Below are positions 20,701 through 26,543 of a stretch of 26,543 bases of DNA, piece by piece. The stretch's first letter is position 1; every line of letters starts with the position of its first letter. The notes under the pieces are model-generated. The model worked only from the letters and a program-made list of their open reading frames with translations. It had not been told where the DNA came from and did no database searches. This stretch comes from Ginkgo biloba. Taxonomy: Eukaryota > Plantae > Ginkgophyta. Location of the stretch: the NCBI GenBank assembly GCA_024626585.2, contig JANKJI020000004.1:158685972-158712514 (forward strand), written 5' to 3'. The position numbers were made by a program, and so were the translations under genes.

Positions 20701-22708
20701 ACTTCAAAGTTGGCGATCAGTATGGCATTCTTCACATTTCAATTATATTTGTGCTAAGAAGGACCCAAGAGGTTTTTGGTTCAACTGATATAATTTTCAA
20801 TTGGGGATACTTATTTGATGAGAAAGAGGTTAGAGTGGGTGTGGGTGAATTGGACAATTTAATTAAATTGGGCCACAGGACAACTTTGGATGAGAGCCAA
20901 TTGAATGCCATTATGCTTGCTGTAAAAAATTATTTGGTTCTAATCTAAGGATCTTCTGGTATAGGAAAATCATTTGTAGGAGTGAGAATATTGGAGATAT
21001 TGTTAAATTCATATCGTTTACCACCAGGGCCTATATTGGTGACATATAAAAACTTAGGGATTGGATCATTTCCTCGTGTCTTGTATGTAATTGTGCCCAG
21101 ATGGTGTGGCAAGAGTTGGGGGAAGAAGCATAGAGCTATCTTTGGAGAATCACAATTTGTCTTCCTNNNNNNNNNNNNNNNNNNNNNNNNNNNNNNNNNN
21201 NNNNNNNNNNNNNNNNNNNNNNNNNNNNNNNNNNNNNNNNNNNNNNNNNNNNNNNNNNNNNNNNNNCATTCTTCATATTTCAGTTATAGCCGTGCTAAGA
21301 GGAACACAAGAGGTTTCTGGTTCAGCTGATGTAATTTTCAAGGGTGGATTCTCAATTCTTGATATGCAGGAGGTAATTGGGACTTTCCTTTGTGATTTGT
21401 GGAGTGACAGTGCCTGTGTATGGAATGGTTCTTATTATTTGAAATTGATTTTCATGCTTCAACATCCCTCTGCCATTGAAATCGAAACAGACAGACCCTA
21501 AGAAAAAGAACATGTACCTTCATTCTTAAGCTACTTTGTATGCTAAATCATAGCATATGAAGTCCAGTTTATCTTTTTGTTTCTAAATCATAGCTGAGCT
21601 TGTCTTAGCTGCATAAGTACAGAATGCTTTGTAATTGTGAGAGTTTAATCAGAAGTGTAGGAATCATTTCCAGAATCACATGTGTTACTACGTTCCTTTG
21701 TATTGACATATATTATGCAGTGGTATCTTGATCTATATTTGAATTGGCGCTTGCAGTCTGTTTCATTTTTCTAAAGCTTTCCCTTTTCTTCTCTACTAGT
21801 ATAATTGTTTAACGGTTGCTTGTGTCTAATTAGAGTGGTTCTATCTTGGGTGCAGTTCCGTTTAACACCGAGTACAAATAAAAGCAGAATAACTGTGGTT
21901 GGAAGTGCTGGTAAGTGTTAAGCCTGGTGACAATCATAACTATGTGTAGAAAATTGTCATTGTTGAGAATCAGCTTCACATTTTTTTCTTCACATTTTTA
22001 AATAGGAGGAGTTAAACTTGATTGGCGAGCCAAAGATTTTATGTCTGTCAATCGTGTCAGCCATCGTGCTATGGGAGTTGGAGGACAAGCAGAATATGAG
22101 GTAAACCAATCTGTGGTAGTTTTTGTACAAGGTCACGTCTTCCTTAGATCTCCTATGTTGGCATTGCTTGGACAGACTTCAGTGACATTTGCTGTTAACT
22201 TGCCTCGAGCAATGAAGTGTTTCAAAGTTGATGCAGAAATGTTTATTCCGGTATTCTAACCTTTTTTGTTGCATTGTGTATGCATGGCTTGTGCACCTTG
22301 CTGTCAGGTAAAAGCACTACGGCAAGAAAGTTTTACAGACAAATTGGAGATCACACTTCCCACAACAGGTAGTGAATATGTTTTACAAATTGGTGTGTGT
22401 GTTGCTCTTTCCAGGGAAACTGAAAATGTTAATGGCTATGTTCAACAGGTCAGAGGATGGAGCTTGANNNNNNNNNNNNNNNNNNNNNNNNNNNCAGAGG
22501 GTCTCCCTTATCTCTGGAAGTCGTTGCCATAGTAATTCTCGTGAGTTTGGTTTTGCTTGTGCTTACCATTATTATATATCTGCGGCTATTGGATCAGCCA
22601 GAGCCATCGAGGCCTGTGCGACTTAGTTCTGGAACAAATCCAGCTACCGAGATATCTACAATTCCTGATGGGTCTCCTCCAAGATCCACCTTACTGCCTG
22701 CTGATAGT
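2597..22708 (+). CDS. GP210: Nuclear pore complex glycoprotein GP210 (NUP210), multi-exon gene, partial (5' part outside window; some exons and stop codon in N gaps)
   Basis: Collinear exons, nearly all with GT-AG boundaries, and with consistent phases where adjacent. They translate to motifs matching plant GP210 as recalled (DVDWI; LSQ.VKVEVY.P; GGP...V.Y; VVPDLPL.LG.P.TW.LPPFYT; PF.EAHG; C.VDP..IGY.KPW; PY.PEHL; FTD...ITLP.TGQ), followed by a single C-terminal TM helix. Confidence 0.95.
3278..3319 (-). mobile_element. Retroelement gag CCHC zinc knuckle remnant
   Basis: CSKCGPRNHSGQTC fits C-x2-C-x4-H-x4-C exactly, in ORF 3134..3328(-). Confidence 0.55.
4100..4445 (+). mobile_element. Decayed Ty3/Gypsy integrase core remnant
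   Basis: ATDNFTQW (~4170; cf. ATDYFTKW) and SNYYPQGNGLE*SMNKSMIKILKKT (4371-4445; cf. YYPQGNGLAES.NK.L..IL.K). Confidence 0.75.
5284..5385 (-). mobile_element. Retroelement RNase H C-terminal remnant
   Basis: Minus-strand IKLISEEFDRIEFLHIFKNLDTKVDKMANEG resembles the F..I.F.HI.RE.N..AD.LAN.G RNase H tail. Confidence 0.5.
5737..5766. repeat. (TC)15 microsatellite
   Basis: Perfect dinucleotide run. Confidence 0.95.
6414..6473 (+). CDS. GP210: GP210 exon: VRVTDVDWIRIVLPEETNLL
   Basis: tttttgcag acceptor, GTTTGT donor, 60 nt, phase 0/0; DVDWI motif. Confidence 0.88.
6587..6655 (+). CDS. GP210: GP210 exon: LGSVKGIELVAGSHDGHVFDSSQ
   Basis: gtgcag acceptor, GTGAG donor, 69 nt; DG..FDSSQ motif. 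Confidence 0.9.
6914..7063 (+). CDS. GP210: GP210 exon: FQFMNVHVHLEDEVLELVGNDGTPKPSGSKVTGSSFFIRGANIGLTTTLH (acceptor non-canonical as assembled)
   Basis: Open 150-nt frame matching M.I.VH.ED..VE...SF.I....G.TTL; GTAAGT donor at 7064; 5' boundary reads ACG rather than CAG. Confidence 0.8.
7236..7355 (+). CDS. GP210: GP210 exon: VSAWQGSGREILSQFVKVEVYAPLLIHPPRLFLAPGAKYT
   Basis: ttcag acceptor, GTTGGT donor, 120 nt; LSQ.VKVEVY.P...HP...FL.PGA.Y motif. Confidence 0.92.
7841..8345 (+). mobile_element. LTR retrotransposon 5' LTR (7841-8332, interrupted by a gap) with tRNA-iMet primer-binding site
   Basis: TGTTA...TAACA termini followed after 2 nt by TGGTATCAGAG (8335-8345). Confidence 0.7.
10393..10512 (+). 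CDS. GP210: GP210 exon: LTVKGGPRTGVVVEYSSMDKAIATVEIASGRLVSASPGNT
   Basis: aacag acceptor, GTAAGT donor, 120 nt; Ig-like repeat motif GGP...V.Y...D...A....SGRL...SPGNT. Confidence 0.92.
11312..11570 (+). CDS. GP210: GP210 exon: (R)SAGRATIGVSFSCDFISAGNSLHSVSYSASDTLWVVPDLPLALGMPITWLLPPFYTTSNVLPEWTELSLRRESRSHKGHVMYSVLK
   Basis: tacag acceptor, AAG|GTTTTT donor; conserved VVPDLPL.LG.P.TW.LPPFYT. Confidence 0.92.
12440..12740 (+). mobile_element. Decayed Ty3/Gypsy aspartic protease region
   Basis: IMDDKSGVNII (cf. IDGGSGVNI), LRMADQRR, YIALFKRPWLRRARAIQYWGRDTL (cf. LLGRPWL..A.A...W). Confidence 0.65.
14584..14686 (+). CDS. GP210: GP210 exon: VFRLTIETEDFPFHVAELSVGTHQHLLITYRDDL(G)
   Basis: atcag acceptor, G|GTACGT donor (phase 1); PFHV..L.VG......Y.D.LG. 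Confidence 0.88.
14795..14925 (+). CDS. GP210: GP210 exon: (G)TPFFEAHGAVPLMVDTNHPEIVSVKVTDVDNKGISTNGTLYVQ
   Basis: gtag acceptor with phase matching the previous exon, CAG|GTCAGT donor; PF.EAHG......TNH motif. Confidence 0.9.
17023..17130 (+). CDS. GP210: GP210 exon: (G)FHVGEEGHWSSANEDVLAIDSSSGEARAVGEGTTR
   Basis: accag acceptor, G|GTATTG donor; G.W.S.N..V..I...SG.A.A...G.T Ig-like motif. Confidence 0.88.
17250..17391 (+). CDS. GP210: GP210 exon: (V)MFKSSRLTTYTTVTVVRVASVTVDAPPGPFTNAPVPEKGYNFSLKF(S)
   Basis: ggcag acceptor, AG|GTGTGT donor; VD.P....TN..VP..GY.F..KF. Confidence 0.9.
20035..20058. repeat. Imperfect (AT)n microsatellite
   Basis: atatatatgtatatatatatatat run. Confidence 0.8.
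20409..20492 (+). CDS. GP210: GP210 exon: (S)DSQGRNFRAFGEDVGIHYDCRVDPSYI(G)
   Basis: tatag acceptor with phase 2 matching the previous exon, GG|GTAAGC donor; C.VDP..IG. Confidence 0.88.
20588..20800 (+). CDS. GP210: GP210 exon 5' part (G)YCKPWRDSVTGSLFCLFIPYTPEHLVQTLSGIKGRSQNFKVGDQYG, continuing into a diverged copy of the exon 3' part
   Basis: tgcag acceptor; Y.KPW.D..TG...CLF.PY.PEHL motif; 20726-20800 is a diverged duplicate of 21267-21341. Confidence 0.75.
20880..21166 (+). pseudogene. Degenerate ZNFX1/Hrr1-like (UPF1-like SF1) RNA helicase fragment: Q motif, Walker A, motif Ia and the following R.GGRS segment
   Basis: TTLDESQLNAIMLAVKNYLVLI*GSSGIGKSFVGVRILEILLNSYRLPPGPILVTYKN, then a +1 frameshift, then LDHFLVSCM*LCPDGVARVGGRSIELSLENHNL. 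Parallels the recalled ZNFX1 pattern LD.SQ..A...AL.....IIQGPPGTGKT.VG..I...LL...PILVV.Y.NHALD.FL.....RVGGRS. Confidence 0.8.
21267..21372 (+). CDS. GP210: GP210 exon 3' part (5' end in gap): ILHISVIAVLRGTQEVSGSADVIFKGGFSILDMQE
   Basis: Intact VSGSA...F.GGFS motif, GAG|GTAATT donor. Confidence 0.88.
21856..21910 (+). CDS. GP210: GP210 exon: FRLTPSTNKSRITVVGSA(G)
   Basis: tgcag acceptor, G|GTAAGT donor; L.P..N...I..VG. Confidence 0.85.
22006..22100 (+). CDS. GP210: GP210 exon: (G)GVKLDWRAKDFMSVNRVSHRAMGVGGQAEYE
   Basis: T-rich tract plus TAG acceptor, GAG|GTAAAC donor; G..G.A.Y. Confidence 0.85.
22308..22368 (+). CDS. GP210: GP210 exon: VKALRQESFTDKLEITLPTT(G)
   Basis: gtcag acceptor, G|GTAGTG donor; FTD...ITLP.TG. 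Confidence 0.82.
22449..22708 (+). CDS. GP210: GP210 probable terminal exon (partial): (G)QRMEL...RGSPLSLEVVAIVILVSLVLLVLTIIIYLRLLDQPEPSRP..., TM helix plus start of the S/P/T-rich tail
   Basis: caacag acceptor restores TGQRMEL(D); frame is preserved across the 27-N gap; hydrophobic stretch VVAIVILVSLVLLVLTIIIYL; runs into gap 22709-23665. Confidence 0.85.
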
Positions 22709-24390
22709 NNNNNNNNNNNNNNNNNNNNNNNNNNNNNNNNNNNNNNNNNNNNNNNNNNNNNNNNNNNNNNNNNNNNNNNNNNNNNNNNNNNNNNNNNNNN
22801 NNNNNNNNNNNNNNNNNNNNNNNNNNNNNNNNNNNNNNNNNNNNNNNNNNNNNNNNNNNNNNNNNNNNNNNNNNNNNNNNNNNNNNNNNNNNNNNNNNNN
22901 NNNNNNNNNNNNNNNNNNNNNNNNNNNNNNNNNNNNNNNNNNNNNNNNNNNNNNNNNNNNNNNNNNNNNNNNNNNNNNNNNNNNNNNNNNNNNNNNNNNN
23001 NNNNNNNNNNNNNNNNNNNNNNNNNNNNNNNNNNNNNNNNNNNNNNNNNNNNNNNNNNNNNNNNNNNNNNNNNNNNNNNNNNNNNNNNNNNNNNNNNNNN
23101 NNNNNNNNNNNNNNNNNNNNNNNNNNNNNNNNNNNNNNNNNNNNNNNNNNNNNNNNNNNNNNNNNNNNNNNNNNNNNNNNNNNNNNNNNNNNNNNNNNNN
23201 NNNNNNNNNNNNNNNNNNNNNNNNNNNNNNNNNNNNNNNNNNNNNNNNNNNNNNNNNNNNNNNNNNNNNNNNNNNNNNNNNNNNNNNNNNNNNNNNNNNN
23301 NNNNNNNNNNNNNNNNNNNNNNNNNNNNNNNNNNNNNNNNNNNNNNNNNNNNNNNNNNNNNNNNNNNNNNNNNNNNNNNNNNNNNNNNNNNNNNNNNNNN
23401 NNNNNNNNNNNNNNNNNNNNNNNNNNNNNNNNNNNNNNNNNNNNNNNNNNNNNNNNNNNNNNNNNNNNNNNNNNNNNNNNNNNNNNNNNNNNNNNNNNNN
23501 NNNNNNNNNNNNNNNNNNNNNNNNNNNNNNNNNNNNNNNNNNNNNNNNNNNNNNNNNNNNNNNNNNNNNNNNNNNNNNNNNNNNNNNNNNNNNNNNNNNN
23601 NNNNNNNNNNNNNNNNNNNNNNNNNNNNNNNNNNNNNNNNNNNNNNNNNNNNNNNNNNNNNNNNNTGTTGCACATATTCTCTTCTTCTCTCTAAGTTTTC
23701 TATGCAATGCTATTAGATTTTTCAAGTTTACTACTGCCTCTAGCCAATTGATATCCAATGTGGAACTAAACTTCAATGTCCTTCATACTAAATTGGGCTC
23801 AAGGAGATTTTATTACATCTCTATAGTGGAGATATACGTGAGGAAAGAGACTCTATAAGCTTGCATCAAGAGCACAAGGAAACAAAGCTGGACCAATTTG
23901 CTAATGCTTGATATCCACAAACTAAATGATCAATCTACTTTCTAGTATATCTGCAAATCAGAAGATGAACCTGATCAAGAGAACAAAAATAAGGAAACAT
24001 GATAAATATATGGATTTAAGGTTTATAAGTTTTTTTCCTATATAGATAGCACAAAATGTTCCACAATAGATATGATGTTACATTCGGAATTAAACTGAAA
24101 CATTTAATTACATTGTCATTCAACTTCCATTTCCATGCATATATGCAGCACTCTGATCCGAACTCCTGGAGTAACAAAAAAGGTGTCGATGCAAGAGCCC
24201 AGGCATAAATATTGGCAGTGTATGTAGTTCTATATAATACATGATCCAATGCAACTTTAGATAGGATGTGATTGCAGGTATTTAAATTATTATAGAGAAG
24301 AACCTCTTTAAAGATAGAAAAATATGTGCCTCTTTCAATGAAGAAAACAGAAATAGCACAAGATAAAAAAACCCTAAGCCCCTATTGTAC

Positions 24391-24483
24391 CTGGCAATTT
24401 TTTGGGTTTCCTCATTGGTACAAATTTGGCTCCTATTGCCAATGCAATTGGAGGACCAAAAATAAAGCCCCTTGCTTCTATTC
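24391..24483 (-). CDS. APT: Adenine phosphoribosyltransferase, single internal exon: (G)[30 protein letters not shown](G)
   Basis: On the minus strand: ttttacag acceptor, 93-nt phase 1/1 exon, GTACAA donor. Translation is the hallmark plant APT segment [31 protein letters not shown]. Confidence 0.92.
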
Positions 24484-26543
24484 CTGTAAAACATTTCAGA
24501 AATAAGAAAAATTTGACGGGAGGAAATCTAATATCTATTAAGCCTCACACAATCAATTCGATTTCAGCATCTATTCAAGAGAAGGAGAAAAGCAATCATA
24601 TATTAAACATGTTAGGCTGTTAACTGTTATGAAGACAGGAGAAATTTGTCAGTTGCTGCAAAAAAAATAAAAAATCAGGTCACGAGATATGGCTTTTGTT
24701 GCTCTAAACACTAAATTACGCTGAAAACTTCTCAAATCAGTATGCATGTGTATTATATACCATAAACATTTCAAGATTCACAAAGAGAATTGATCCTCAG
24801 ACATTCAGTCAAGATTCTATGGGTACTTGGGAACTCATCCATGGGTGGTGTCATCAAAGGCATATGCCCTATTTCCATGTATTCAGGACTTTAGTGTACA
24901 TCTACCCATAAGCTCATCAGTTCAATGCATAGTCACAAAATACTGCCAAATTTCTGAACATCTTTGAGTCAGCTTTGTATAAAAACAATTTATTTGACAT
25001 TATTGATCACTGGTTCCTTTTTATGCCTTATTTATTGCTAGGTCAATTTTGTAGTAAATTTTGATAATTCAATTTTATAGATCCATATTAAATTGTTAAA
25101 TTATCATGATAATTATACCATACATCAGAGGTCATTCACCATGCACATAAGATATCAAATACTATTATAAGGTAGTCAAGAAAGGTTGTTTTGAGAGAGA
25201 ACTTGTGGGTTTTTTTTTCAAGAATTGAATAAGACTTTGTAAAAGGTTTAGATACATATCTTTGTTGTTCAGTTCGCTTGAAACTTGGTTCTTTCTTAGT
25301 ACTAGGTTAGTATTGACAACTTGTAGTTGATTCTTCTTGGTTCTTTGTGCTTGTTTGTTATTACTCTTTTACTTTGTTTGTTGTGAGTGTACTATATCAC
25401 GGTCTTGTTTTATTTTGTCCTTATTATATTTCACTTGTAAAGTATGGATATGATGTGGTATGTGTCACTCTATATGACAAAATTCCTTATAAGGTCGTTG
25501 TTTTATTCTTTTGAGAGAACCTCACAAGTATCTTCAATAATTAAGATTTGAACATGACTTGTACTCAATGAATTACATAAAGATCAATATTAAGATTGTC
25601 ATTACCCATTGTTAACCACTTTGTGTTTTGTTTGGCATGGAATGGCTTTACTGATTGCCTTTATTTGCATTTATAGAATGGCTATGGAAGTAATGGGATG
25701 TACTACTCAAATCAATGTTGTTAAAATTATGTGTACTCCTTGAAAGAATGAAGACTATAGTATTGCCCTTAGATTTTGGCCTTCATTTATAATACGTTTG
25801 ATCAAATTATTAAGATAAGCATTGATAACACTAGAGCTTTGAGAGATATAACACATTGGAGTACACTCACTTTTTTGCTTTTGCATTAATGGTCTCCATT
25901 CATTCCATCTTTGCCTCTTTAGCAAGTAGATTGTACTTAGTTTCTTCACCATTTACTTGCACTATTTCTCTTTTTGTGGTTGTTTCTTCATCTTCTTTGC
26001 CTTTTTTTTTTTTGTCTTCCTCTTGTATCACTTCTCTCTCGAGAATAGGTTTTCAATCTTGTAGTAATTTTAGGTTTTAGTAGATCTTTAGTGTTATTTT
26101 GGCCATCATTTGTATTTTCTTAGTGTATTGTAGTTTACTTTCATGCATATGTTCCATACTATGCTTTCAATAGATTTTGGGTTTTGTATTTAGTCTTGTG
26201 TCTTTAGAACCATAAATATTTTACTTCATATTTCAATCAATTTAAGAAAGAAAGAAAGACATTATATTAAATACACAGACGATTAATGTCTAGTTGGTTC
26301 AACTGAAATTTGCATTTGGGAATGGAATAATAAAGACGAGGATAATTTAGATATTCATTAGAATATTTATTTTATTTAAAGATTCTTATTTGCTTGCACT
26401 AAGGGTAGTTTTCTAGCAAAATAAAAGGTAGGTAAAAATATGAAAAAAGTATGTGTAGACAAGTCTGTGTTCTCTTAGGAGGCAATTTTTTCTATAACAA
26501 AATACCTTATAAATAAAGGGGACAAAAGAGTAATGGATATATT

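Noticed and set aside
22400-22414. Strong-looking acceptor gttgctctttccag inside the 80-nt intron
   Set aside because: It would give a 46-nt intron and a frameshift; the 22448 acceptor restores the conserved peptide.
22557-23858. Long ORFs of 339-433 aa in the ORF track
   Set aside because: Artefacts of translating through the 957-N gap; only the frame starting at 22457 is real coding sequence (GP210 TM exon).
24402-24623. Plus-strand 73-aa ORF
   Set aside because: It is the antisense shadow of the APT exon.
1-26543. Prokaryotic-type systems (operons, CRISPR, defence islands) and tRNA/rRNA genes
   Set aside because: The sequence is intron-rich eukaryotic DNA and no such signatures were seen; TGGTATCAGAG is a retroelement PBS, not a tRNA gene.

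Overview
AT-rich land-plant nuclear genomic DNA from a gappy draft scaffold (many gaps are exactly 100 N). The long TE-filled introns suggest a large-genome plant such as a gymnosperm or fern; this is inference. The main content is the 3' part of the nuclear pore membrane glycoprotein gene GP210/NUP210 on the + strand. I could reconstruct 17 exons or exon pieces from 2597 to 22708, including the C-terminal transmembrane helix; several exons and the stop codon fall in gaps. The introns hold decayed Ty3/Gypsy, LTR+PBS and RNase H retroelement remnants. One intact exon of adenine phosphoribosyltransferase (APT) lies on the - strand at 24391-24483, convergent with GP210. The most unusual observation is at 20726-21166: a diverged duplicate of part of a GP210 exon runs in frame into a pseudogenised ZNFX1/Hrr1-type UPF1-like SF1 RNA helicase fragment, and an intact copy of the same exon part follows after a gap. 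Splice-site oddities include a missing AG acceptor, a recursive-splice-like CAG|GTAAGT, an intron flanked by an 8-bp direct repeat and a NAGNAG acceptor. Protein identifications come from my recollection of family sequences, not from database searches.
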